NCBI GenBank assembly: GCA_030265395.1
Contig: JARFYF010000036.1
Coordinates: 27,120,397 to 27,184,396, forward strand
DNA length: 64,000 nt
Reading direction: 5' to 3'
Source of the DNA: Rhina ancylostomus
Lineage: Eukaryota
The position numbers and the translations under genes were made by a program. Below are positions 39,870 to 51,413 of the stretch, piece after piece. The notes below the pieces were generated by a model that did no database searches, was not told where the DNA came from, and worked only from the letters and a program-made list of their open reading frames with translations. The first letter of the stretch is position 1. Every line of letters starts with the position of its first letter.

Positions 39870-40224
39870 CTATGGAAGGAATCATTGAAAACAGAAAAGC
39901 TTTAATCAGAATAATAGTGAAAGCAACCATCTAGGTGTTTCCTATCAGCAACTCACATTGTTTCATTATGGTTCATTGTACACTTGTGTGCAGCATACAA
40001 AACAGATTTTATAGCTGATTAGCTCCATTAGTCTCGTTGAATTCCTGAAGTTCAAAAAGAAAACAATATCATAAATATGTCTTTTCTGTTTCACATTTTG
40101 GATATCTAGATAACAGAGATTAGTCCAACCCTCTTTCTTGGACAGAAGGAATATGAACTCAATGGATTTCCCTGTGCTACAAATTTTGGTGATGCTATAC
40201 TGTTGAATTTGAGCTGTGATTTTC

Positions 40225-40530
40225 TTTTATTCATTTACGGGATGTGCACTTTGTATTGCCCATCTTTAACAAGCTAGGCCATTGTTCAGAGGATAGTTAG
40301 GAGTCAACCACATTGCTGGCATCCAAGGTCAAGTAGCTGCCAAGCTGAGAAAGGACTGTCTGTTTTCTTCCCTACAGAACATTTATAAATAATCTAGGGC
40401 TGCACAGCCATGAATATTGATATATTTTTTAATTCTTCCAGATTTATCTGCTTGAATTGAAATATTCAAGTCACATTGGGGTTTTCAACACTTGTTGGCA
40501 AGTCCTGTAACCTAACCACAATGCCACATT
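40225..40530 (-). mobile_element. SINE related to 2050-2350
   Basis: Shared ggccatt..agagga.ag...aga.tcaaccaca.tgct segment. Confidence 0.5.
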
Positions 40531-40559
40531 GCCCTATCTAAATGTGATGTACAACTTCA

Positions 40560-40940
40560 CCAGAAATTGGCCCCTCAAGCCTGCCTGCCACTCAAGATGA
40601 TCATGGCTGATCTCCCCAGGCCTCAGTTCCTCTTCGGCACCTCAATTATTTCAAAAATTTATCACCTTCTCTTTAAATATTTCCATTGATCTAGCCTTCA
40701 TAACTCTCCAGGGTGAGAATTCTGAAGATTCACTCTGCTCTGCAAAAATTAATTCCTATGCACCTCAGTTTTAAATGACAACCCCTCATCTTGTCATAAT
40801 GTACCCTTGTTCGAGAATTGCCTGCTAGTCTATCCTGCCACGCTTCACTTAGGATCTTACATGTTTCAATAAGAACATCCCTTATTTTCCTAAACTGCTG
40901 AAGAATACAGATCCAACTTCTGCTGCTCATAATAGGGCAG
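40560..40940 (-). mobile_element. CR1 LINE 3' fragment
   Basis: Minus-strand remnant IRDVLIETCKIL...TR...KMRGCHLK and typical 3' tail. Confidence 0.65.
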
Positions 40941-41012
40941 CAAGGCTCTGCCAAAGGCTGCCTGTAATTGTAGAATAGGAACGTTAGCAAGACAAGGCTA
41001 AATTGATTAATT

Positions 41013-41102
41013 AAATGGTTCCTGATACACTGGAAATCTGGCAAGAAGGTGGATAATGATGGGGATGATTTACTGGAGGTGCATTATTCAAAATTTTAAA
41101 AA
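41013..41102 (+). repeat. Inverted partial duplicate of the SOGA1 exon 3' end plus 5' splice site (pairs with 39615-39704)
   Basis: 83/90 nt identical, ungapped, to the reverse complement of 39615-39704 by manual alignment. Confidence 0.93.
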
Positions 41103-42643
41103 CAACCAAATACCATAATTTTGCATTGCTTCTCCCTGAGGACCTGATTGCTCAAAATCTGAAAACACATGAACAATACTTGTTTTACTGGTTTTCTTTC
41201 TTGTCTCATTGTTTAATGGATGCTGGCAGCCCAATGGAACTTCAATTAAATGTCCATTCTTTGTAAGTGGACTACTACAATGAGTAAATTAAGGCTGTGG
41301 GACTACGTGCCAGAATCCATGTGTGGAGATGCATAATCGAGGAATCGCAATCAGAAGCTAGTTCAGCTTTGCTATAGGCAAGTTTAGCATCTTTAATGTG
41401 ACTCCAACAGAGCAATTAAATTTTCAGAAATCAGATATTGAATTTGCCTATACCGTCCCAAAAAGCCAGTGCAAAATTGTTACTCTCTCTTTTAAAGAAT
41501 ACAGTCATAGGAAGATATAATCCAGGAAGCCACTCAGTTATCACATCTGTTGCAGCTCTGTGTCACCCAATTAACAAAATATTGGAAATGGATTTTGAGG
41601 ACCGGTCAGCAGCATCCTAAATAGGACAAAAACTAGATGAGGTATTAAGACATGATGACAGAGTAAAGGAGTACAGACAAACTGATAGGCAACAAGCTTA
41701 TACCTGAAAGCATTTGATTATACAAAAAGCTACCTAATATTTGGAACAGACATTTGGCCAATGAAAGCAAGACTAAATACTCAAGAGCAGTTTGGTATGA
41801 TGGGCAGAACTGATTTTTAAGTAAACATGAGCCAAATGACACTAAAAGTAACAAATATGGATAAGTACTTTACAATAGCATTGAAGAGTCCAAACTATGA
41901 TCACTGCATATTCACCAACTTCCAGTCCATTAGCAGAAAAAAGGTCAAGTTTTCCTAAACTGCAGTCCAACTTTCTAAACTAAATGCTTAATTATAAACA
42001 GATCTCAATTGATGCAGGAATCTCTTGAGTGCTAAAATGTATTTTGTTCCCTACACTCAAGGATTCTCTGCATTCCCTCACTGGCCATCTGTGCCTTGGC
42101 TCCACTTGCTGGAAAATATCATTGCTGTGTCAGGGCCCTACAGTGCTCCTGATTATACATACAATAAAAGAAACCAAAACTTGAAACTGTGACTTAAAAT
42201 TTTCATCTTAATCAAACTTTAACCCCTGCTTTTATAACAACAGATTTCTAGCAACACCATGCTGTGTTCAATGAAAGAATCTTGTGCTGGAAAATATGGC
42301 AGTATATACTCCAACCAAAGTGTGATTTTTCCAAGATTTCTTTTGTAAAACTGGAGTGCAATGGCTAAACTCATTTTAGACTAAAAATCTTACTTCCTAA
42401 GTGTATCCTTGGTGTATTTTGTGCTGCAAGTTCCTAGTCCAAACATCATTTTGGAGAGAACCTTGCTGGATAATTCTACATGAAAAAGAAAGTTATGTCC
42501 ACCACGTTACCCAAATTAAAGGTTTACTGCTGGCATTAAGCGAAATATATGCATGACATGACCAACAACGGCATGCAGATAAAGTCCAATTGTCTCCCAT
42601 TTTCTATTTGGGATAAGGATTTTTCCTGCTTGGGTTCCCTTAC

Positions 42644-42700
42644 TAACAGGCATTTCCACTGTTTGTCACGGTGTTCTGTTTCAGTCTCCCCCTCTTCCTC
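42644..42700 (-). CDS. Candidate in-frame cassette exon (57 nt): EEEGETETEHRDKQWKCLL
   Basis: Acceptor gggtttcccacag, donor TTA|GTAAGG, 19 open codons, phase 0-0, purine-rich (enhancer-like) 5' half. No homology evidence. Confidence 0.4.
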
Positions 42701-43017
42701 CTGTGGGAAACCCACAGAATGATGGTTGGAAAGCATTCAATTTGTGCTTTTGCTCATTCCACAAGTGAAATCCTGTGAGAAAAGCATTGTCTTGAATAGA
42801 TGTTTAAATGATTTATGACAATTTCCCTGAACAAGTTGTGTTACCTATTTATTTCCATCTGAGATAATAGGTTAAAATGAATTACTAAACTCCTCTAGAA
42901 TTTGAACTGCTGTAATAAACTATGCAAATAATTATTTTCTTCAGTGTCTTTTATGGATTTCACCGTACAAATCAAAATTTCTATCACGTGCATTCAAAGA
43001 GCTCTTCTCAAACTGAC

Positions 43018-43143
43018 CTGTGACATTTTCTGTTGAAATCTTTCTGCATCCTCATTCCGAAGCTCCCTTTCCTGAGCAAGCTGCTCCTGCAGTCCTCGGA
43101 TAGTTTCCTTGGCTTCAGATAAATCAAGCTGGAGTTCCTTGAC
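43018..43143 (-). CDS. SOGA1: SOGA1/MTCL2 coding exon (126 nt, phase 0-0): VKELQLDLSEAKETIRGLQEQLAQERELRNEDAERFQQKMSQ
   Basis: Acceptor tttcttatttaactag, donor CAG|GTCAGT; heptad coiled-coil peptide in frame with flanking exons. Confidence 0.85.
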
Positions 43144-44249
43144 CTAGTTAAATAAGAAATCAAGGTGAGTGAGTAGGGCTGCAAGGAATTTTTTCAATCA
43201 TCTTCCTTTCTCTCTCCAATTTTATTATACTATCACTTAACTTTTCTTAGCTGACTAGACAGGCTACTGTTGGCTACAATATTGTCACAGGCACTACAGT
43301 GAGTTCTAAGATTAAAATTAAATTGCCTGTACCGAGCTGAAATTTCACATTTAATGACCAGCTGAAAACCAATGCTCCTGCAGCAAAGGTAGATAAAAAA
43401 AAATTTCAACACGCCCCCTTTGAACGTTCAGTGTGATGAAGAATGGAGAACAAGATACATCTAAACAATTCCCTGAAAAAGATCATGAAATGGCACTTGT
43501 GCTGCAAGTTCACTTCTTTGATTTTTGCTTTAAATGTTGATCTTTATGGAGTTTTGATTCTGATTTAAGAAAGAGCTATTCTTTTACTTCTCATCTCTTA
43601 GAGCTGCATTTCTGTGACCACAATTCAAACCTCTCAGCTTTCCTTCCTGACAGCATCTGTTAGCAGTGTGATGAGGATTTGAGGACAGATGAGAACAGGT
43701 CTAATTACACCAGAAGTGCAATTCAATACTCCCAACCTCTCTGAAGTCCAGTTGCAACATAGAAGCTTGACAGCATCAAGGACAAAGTAACTACTTGGTG
43801 CATTAGGGCTTGTATTATCTACATATGAAGTAGAGTAACATGCCAAGTTTACTGTGACATTATCTTTTTTACCACTGAAAAACACTAGAACAGTAACATT
43901 ATGGAAATGCCATTGCACTCAAATTACTTTCCAACTGTTGTATGTCGCAATTCCTTTATTATTTATGGGCCAATATCTGTAATTTACAACCTAGTACCAA
44001 CATCACCTAAAGTTGCTCATGGGGAAGGCTCATCATTACCACTTCAAGAGAATTAGGGATAGGCACTATATCTGGGTACACACAAGATGATAATGTTTCA
44101 GTTGTTCCACTTCAGCAGGGAGATGCCTTGTCCATCAGTGTGACCTTCTCTTGGCTTTTGTGAAGATGCCTGGAAGGGTTATTCCAAGCCATTTCAAACA
44201 TCAATATGGTATCAGTCAATCAATACTGCAACAATGCATACAATAGGTA

Positions 44250-44450
44250 CAGTTACCCTCAAATTTCCTACCACATCCCAGAGGACCACTGTAAATTGCC
44301 CACAACGTGTAGATGTGGAGTAAAATCTGGGGGAGTTGACGAGATTGTGGGAAGAACAAAAAAATGGGATTAATGTAGATGAGCGTTTCAAGGTCAGCCT
44401 GGTCGAGGTGAGCCAAAGGGTCAATTTCCATGCTGTATGACTCTATAGGA
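44250..44450 (+). mobile_element. V-SINE 3' half
   Basis: ttcctaccacatccca...ccactgtaaattgccc...tttccatgctgtatgactct. Confidence 0.65.
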
Positions 44451-44856
44451 GTCANNNNNNNNNNNNNNNNNNNNNNNNNNNNNNNNNNNNNNNNNNNNNN
44501 NNNNNNNNNNNNNNNNNNNNNNNNNNNNNNNNNNNNNNNNNNNNNNNNNNNNNNNNNNNNNNNNNNNNNNNNNNNNNNNNNNNNNNNNNNNNNNNNNNNN
44601 NNNNNNNNNNNNNNNNNNNNNNNNNNNNNNNNNNNNNNNNNNNNNNNNNNNNNNNNNNNNNNNNNNNNNNNNNNNNNNNNNNNNNNNNNNNNNNNNNNNN
44701 NNNNNNNNNNNNNNNNNNNNNNNNNNNNNNNNNNNNNNNNNNNNNNNNNNNNNNNNNNNNNNNNNNNNNNNNNNNNNNNNNNNNNNNNNNNNNNNNNNNN
44801 NNNNNNNNNNNNNNNNNNNNNNNNNNNNNNNNNNNNNNNNNNNNNNNNNNNNNNNN

Positions 44857-44892
<36 letters not shown>

Positions 44893-45186
44893 GTAATTAT
44901 AAAAGGCCAATGGCCAGCTGTGCGCTGATGGGTGGGGCCAAACCTTGATTGGCAGTAGTGTGTCTTCTGACCAGGTAGGGACAGTGCTGTCACATGACAG
45001 CCATGACCATCCACAATACAACGTGATACAACTAACATTTGTTGGAAGCTTGTTTTGGGGCAAGAGTTCTTTAAATACAAGATTAATGATGCTCCAGTTT
45101 TCACAATGGCATTTGCAAAATTACACGCGAAATAACTGGGATCATTGGAATGTTCTGCCTGCAGCCTTCATCAAGCAGTGACATAC

Positions 45187-45213
45187 CAAGAGGAAGTTCT
45201 TTGTGCCATGCAT
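45187..45213 (-). CDS. Candidate alternative first coding exon (MHGTKNFLL) of an internal-promoter SOGA1 isoform
   Basis: ATG with A at -3 (aaagtATG), 9 codons, then TTG|GTATGT, a phase-0 donor compatible with the next exon. TATTTAAA at about 45475-45482 and CCAAT near 45615 lie upstream on the minus strand. Unverified. Confidence 0.35.
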
Positions 45214-47241
45214 ACTTTCCTTGTTTCTCTACTGTATGGTGTTGGTGCTTCTCCCAAGGCTGCCGAACGTGATCCTTATTTGCTCCTTATTGCTGTGGAT
45301 GTTATGAGGTATTATCCCCTCTCTTCGCAAACCTCTTTTCCTGCCCTTGTTCCAGCAGCACCTCCGAGCTGCCTCCAAAAACGGCCCAGTCCTTTTTTTT
45401 TCTGTGCAACTGAATAAAATACCAACATTTGCTGCAACAGACTTCGTAGCTGCCTAGATGAAAATAGTCTGCCCTTTAAATAGCAGCATCAACCTTTAGG
45501 AACTTCTGGCTGGCAGGAAGTGCTGTTGCCCAGGATTCAAAGTCCAGCATCAATCTACACAGGGAAATTGTGTGTGCTTAATTAAAAAAGCCCCTGTAGC
45601 TTGTGTAAAATCAGCCAATGGGCGAGTGCAAATGTTAGTGTGGTCCATGGGCCATAGGCCTGGACTGAAAAATCTATCCTCATGGATAGGACATGCAGCC
45701 ATCATATGTCATACAGGTTTAAAATAGATGGGCAGTGTTCACTCTTGCTGGCTGTCTTCTAGTCTCTTCCCAAAATATCTACCTTCTCTTCATTCAACAA
45801 TGTGTGGAGCCCCAACATACCTGTCAGGAGTGACTATATAGTAATGAGCAAGTGCGAGTTTTATATCTCTCTCCTGGGGCACTTAGGCTGACTGTAATTG
45901 TCCTTGGACAATAGATGTAACTGGGATATAATAAGTCTGAATGGCACAGATCCTGACAATCCTGAAAGCCAAGGACTGTTTTGTATATCCCTATTATAAC
46001 TAAAGTGTAACTGCACAATATCAGAAGATGAACATAGCTTGATGTTTATTTGATTAACCTGTAATTTCAAAATTCTGCAATTCTTACCTTTTTTCCCCTT
46101 TCCAAGACAACATGGCATTTGATTTTCTGAATGATTGGCTGCTTATATAACATGTCCCTTTAGGCCTATAGATTAAGTGTGGCCAAAAATAGCTATCTTC
46201 CTACGTGAATTAACGTGTAATTTGCTTAACTCATGTCCAGATGATGATCGTTTCCTCGGAGACTGACAGCTGGTATTAGGCTTAAAGACAGTGTCAGAAA
46301 CAACAGTAAAAAGAAATGACTACATTTCTATTTTATAAGCCAGAATATTTTACATCTATAAAAAGGTGTGACCACTGAAGAGTGGACTTTACCACCCTTG
46401 TTTGTCTGTGTGCATCAATACATGTCATCTTCAAAGTGCATACCTTATGCAACACTTGCATAATCATAGGGAAATTTATTCTAACACAGGCAAATTTACT
46501 GAAGTACTGTTTTAACTCACTCTTCCCATATGAACCCTCCACTCTCCAAGCTGCACCAGCAGCCCAAATCAGTTAACCTTGGAAGAACCAAGTTAATAGA
46601 AATCAAAACCAAAAATGCTGTCTTTTTGTAAGGAATGAACACACCGTTCACCTCATCCACCTAATCCCAATCCTCAGAAGCAGCCTCTCCACACAGTCAT
46701 TGGGCAATTCATTATTGGAGTGCACCAAATCCACGAAACAGCAGCAACCAGACCGGGTGGATATTCTTCTTAAAGTACAGTGGGGTATTGTACCTGTGAG
46801 TGTTCAGACTGGAGGAACAACACTAGAATAAATCAGCTATACAAGATACCAGTGCTTGATGAAAGAGATTAATGGCATTTCCATTTTATATCAACTGTAA
46901 CACTCACCTATTTGCATTTTCTTTCATAGAGAATACCAGGAAACAAAAAATGCCCGAAACTAAATGCCTGAATACTCTTCAGGTACTTAGTGTAGAAATT
47001 TATCATTTATTTTTAGGAAATTAGATCTTTTACACCTCAAAACACATCTACTTACATTTTGAGGAGAATAATGTATAACATGCAGTAATATTCCTGATAA
47101 AAATATTACATCTTCTCACCTGGGGAGATTTGCTTTTCAGATGTTTGCAACAAGGATAGTGAATGCTTTAAAAAAAGTATCATGTTTTCCATTGTTAACT
47201 AGTACATTATATTGAAGACATAAATAATGTTATAAATTTAC

Positions 47242-47388
47242 CTCTGCAGCATAAGAGTCACTTTCTTCACGGCTATAGATGTTATACTCCTTGTTACTTT
47301 CCCGATATTCCTTGCTGTTGGTTCCACAGATCTCCGGGGTTTGACTCCCATCTTGCTGCCAGTCCACTTGATCCCTAAATTCAGGTTG
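47242..47388 (-). CDS. SOGA1: SOGA1/MTCL2 coding exon (147 nt, phase 0-0): QPEFRDQVDWQQDG...SDSYAAE
   Basis: Long pyrimidine-rich tract upstream, acceptor atgcag|CAA, donor GAG|GTAAAT; open in the expected frame. Confidence 0.75.
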
Positions 47389-47859
47389 CTGCATGCATGG
47401 GCAAGTTAATGAAAACAAAACAAAGGATAGGGAAGGAACAAAGAAACAAAAACTGGGTATAGTAAACATTGAAAAAACTACAAGACAAAGAAAAGTATGA
47501 AAAGGAAAAACATCTTTATTACAGTGGCATATGAGAGTGTTGTAAACAAAATCAAAAAGACAATGAGTAAAATTATGGGCTGATTTGTTTGAAAAAAAGA
47601 GAAAAGAGAAGAAAAAGTGTGCAAACACCAGTTATGGTGCTCATGCAGTGAATGATGCAGGGATTAAACCAGCAACATGCAGGCAATAGAGCTCTGATTC
47701 AAATTAAGAGTGTGCATGCACTTCTAAGAAACATTCTCTCAATCAATAAAAGATTGTGAACCCAAGTCAGGACTAAACTACAAAAGCAGCAGACCGATTA
47801 GCAAGAAAGGCCAATATCCAGCTTACCCTACTTGTCTGAGTCAGATTATAAGAGAACAA

Positions 47860-49130
47860 ATCTAATTAACAGTGCATCCCACTTCAAGTTTCATTTACTC
47901 CTATCTTAATAGTAGGGAAAATGCTGGAATCTATTAAGTGTAAAAGGGAACACAGAAAATAATAGGATTCAACAGTTAACTTGAATTTATTAAAAGGAGA
48001 TCATGTTTAACAAATTAGTTGTAAATTCATGAGGTTGTAACTAGCAGATGAGATAAGGGTCAATGAGTTATGATGTATATTTGGACTTTTAGAAAGCCTT
48101 TGAAAAGGGCTACACTTGAGATTATTAAGCAAAATTAGAGCACGTGGTATTAAGGGTAATCTATTGTGAACTGAAGATTGGTTAATGTGCAGAAAACAGA
48201 GTAGGAATAAACTGGTCACTTTCATGTTTCAGGTGACCAGTGGGGTGCCAAGGATCTAGTTGTTTATCATCTATTTCAATGATTTGGAAGAGGCCCATCA
48301 AGGGAGTATGCAAATAATACTGAGTGGCTATGAAGAGGATGCAGCAATGCTTCAAGGAAATGCTGTACAGTGAAGCTAAGTGAACGGGCAAGGATTTGGT
48401 AGATGCAACAGAATGTCGAAAAATGTGATATCTTGCACTTAGTAGAAAAAAAGAGGGTACAAATATCTTTAAATAATGAGAGTTCAGAAGGTATAGGCAT
48501 TTAGAGAGCTATTGGTGTCCCTGTACATAAATCACTGAAGTTAACAGGAAGGTTCAGCAAGTTATCAAGAAAGCAAACAGCACATTGGCTTTTATTGCAA
48601 GAGAATTTGAGTACTGGAATGAAGAAAACTCCTAAAAGTGCATTTGGAACACTGTGTATAGGTCTGGTCTCCCAACCTAAGGGCAATATACTTGGAAAGG
48701 TTCACCAAATTGGTCCTGGGATGGTGGGTTTGTATCAGAGGAGAAATTAAACTTGGAAAGGTTGGAACTCTCTAGATTTTTGAAGGAAATTGTTTTGGGT
48801 TTGATGCAGAGTTAATGTTTCCCCTGGCTGCAGTTCCTAAAATTAGGGATCACAGTCTTAAAACAAAAAAAAGGGTTAGCCATTCAGGTCACATCAGTGA
48901 AGAAATGTCTTTATTAAAGGTAATGAATGCTTGGAATGGTCTATCCAAGAGGACTGTGCAGGCTCACTTGCTGAGTATATTTCCAGGCAGAGGTTGATTT
49001 TTTACACATTGAAGGAATCAAGAAATAAGAGATTAGTCAGGAAAGTGCTGCAGAGGTTAAAGATCTTTGAATGCTTTGCAGGAATGAGGAGCTGAATGAC
49101 CCATTCCTGTTTCTATTTCTTATGTTTGCA
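47860..49130 (+). mobile_element. CR1 LINE ORF2 3' part and 3' UTR, degenerate (~1.3 kb)
   Basis: YLDF.KAF, KIRARGIKG, SGVP and WA..W...NVEKCD.LH remnants; tail cctgtttctatttcttatgtt. Confidence 0.85.
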
Positions 49131-49775
49131 TGCTCCTATGAATTCAACTGTGTTAAAACTTGAACTGTTCAAAATTTGGATTCAATGACAAAAGTAACAC
49201 AATGGCATTTAAAATTAATGGTAAAAAGGCAAAATCAGATTTTGTGTTCCGTTACTTTAGAAAGTGCAGATCTTTTCTCCATGTGCTTTAAAAATATCAG
49301 CTAGTATCTGCCAGTATTTTTACTTTAGTACCTAAAATTGCCACAAAGAAAATGTAATGGTTAAGACAAGCTTGGCCTTGGCACTTTTTTGGGATGCCAA
49401 TGTATATTTCTGTCATCCAGATAATGCAGGAGGAATACCAGTTTCAAACATTTATCTCTAAGGATTGATTTTAGGCTGTTTTCACTAAAGGCAAATGCTA
49501 TCTGAAATTCCTTTTATCTTTACCAGTTTTCTTCAAACCTGAAGGTATTGCTGTTTCCTGTGAAACAATTCCAAGAGTGCCATTCACCCTGAACTACCTT
49601 AAGTAAATTGGTATCATTCAAATGCAGCTCTTGACAATAAATGTTTAGGTAACTTGAACATAGGGATGACCATTGTCAGAGTCTGTCAGTACACTATTAG
49701 CATAAACCACCTGCTGGTGATCAAATGCATGAACTGGAGAAATCGCTGATCAAACGTAACTAAATTTTTCTGGAA

Positions 49776-49915
49776 TTAACACATGCAGACCCTAGATTAA
49801 AACCTGAATTTTTTTTATAGCTGAAACACTACTAAATTTTGGTGGTGCTTCAGCTGTATCTTTTGACAGAGGGTAAAAAAAGTTCAGGTTTTAATCAAGG
49901 GTCTATGCAAGTTAA
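49776..49915. repeat. Intronic nested inverted repeat / long hairpin
   Basis: 49787-49817 versus reverse complement of 49874-49904 is 29/31 identical; an inner stem lies at about 49818-49856. Confidence 0.8.
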
Positions 49916-50761
49916 CCAAGAGAAACGGGGTCTTTTACTAAAAAAAAATGCAAATTATATGTCCAATACATGAAAGGGTAATACTTGTCATGCCATTAAC
50001 GTGCAGTTAAGGCCAAGTGTCATGGCTGTTATGAAGACCCATCAATTTAAGTACACATTTTCAAAAAAGGATAGTATCCTTGGTCTGTGCTGAATTACTT
50101 AATCTCAGTAATGGAGGCATCACACTTTCACAGGAGCTGGATATTGCCTTTTAACTACTGTGACAAAAGTGCATCTTAACTAGCTTTTGTTCAAGTTAAT
50201 TATTTCATATCCATGGAATAGAATTAAAATTGTCTAGTTTCCCTTATGTTCTAATTTGTTAGTTATGGAAAAACTTTTCATTCCACTATACTGATCAGTG
50301 CAAGGCTTCCCAAAATTAAATCTTTGCTTCAACAGAATCTGTTTATATTACAACAAATTGTAATTAATGCATAATTTTATGGTTGAACCTCAATTTGCTG
50401 ATGAAAGAATAAAAATTCCATTTAATTTCAGTAACTATATTGATTGATCAAATTTTATTTAAAAAAAAATCAAATGACTAATGTAGGAAGCCAGTTTTAT
50501 TTGCACTGTGTTCACATGAGTTTTTGAAAAATACAAATAGTTGAATTTGAACTTTAAAGTTAAGCTCTGGCTGAAATACTAATCCTAATCCCATGTCACG
50601 CATTATGCACTGGTCTGTTTTCCACTTCTTATTTAAAAGGCTGATTGGGAAGCTTTAGGACCCAATTTAAGAAAACATAAGCTTAGATGCAAGATGTACA
50701 TAGGCATGAAATAAACAGAATGTACATCGAGGGAATTCAGGCTCTGATGTACAAACACTGG

Positions 50762-50913
50762 GTCATTTTGCAATTCTAAGGTCTACTCATAGAACTTTGC
50801 CTGCCGTGAGCATAGATTGGGAATTTGGTTACACATACCAATGTACCCAAATTCCAAATCTGCATGCTTAGCCAGCAGAAGTCGACAGCATGAGCATAAA
50901 TTTGTAAAATGAC
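50762..50913. repeat. Intronic imperfect palindrome / hairpin (MITE-like)
   Basis: Outer arms gtcattttgcaa / ttgtaaaatgac; inner arms 50814-50833 versus 50842-50861 are 18/20 complementary around an 8-nt loop. Confidence 0.75.
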
Positions 50914-51413
50914 ACAAGCACGTTCTACAATCAAGAAACTTACACTGAAGTTTACAGCAACAGCTTTCAGAACACTGAGATCAATCCATTTGAAATCAAA
51001 CTGCTGGTAACTAAAAGAAATGACCGTCTAAAACAAAAGATCTAATCCATAAACAATACTTAATTTAGCAACAGTAGCAATGCACCTCAAATGTTATTTT
51101 TGCAACCAGTTATTAAAACAAAAGCAAATTTTACTGACAGTTCCTGGCAGGCCACTAGGAATGTATATATATTTCCTATTCATGTACATGCATCATCTTC
51201 TTGTACCATGCACACTTCATTGGTACAAAGCTCTATGCTGATACAAGGTGTTTGTTACATGCAATGAGTTGTTAGTTTTTTTTCTGTTAATGTCACCAAA
51301 ATTTAACTTAAGGAACAGTATTAGAAAACTTCTGTTATTTTGTCACTACACCATGTAACATGACAAACCAGGATGTTGCCACAGGGATTAAGAGCAAAGA
51401 AAAATATTATTAC

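Noticed and set aside
44857-44889. 33-nt poly-G run
   Set aside because: It abuts a gap; long G runs at contig ends are a common sequencing or assembly artefact.
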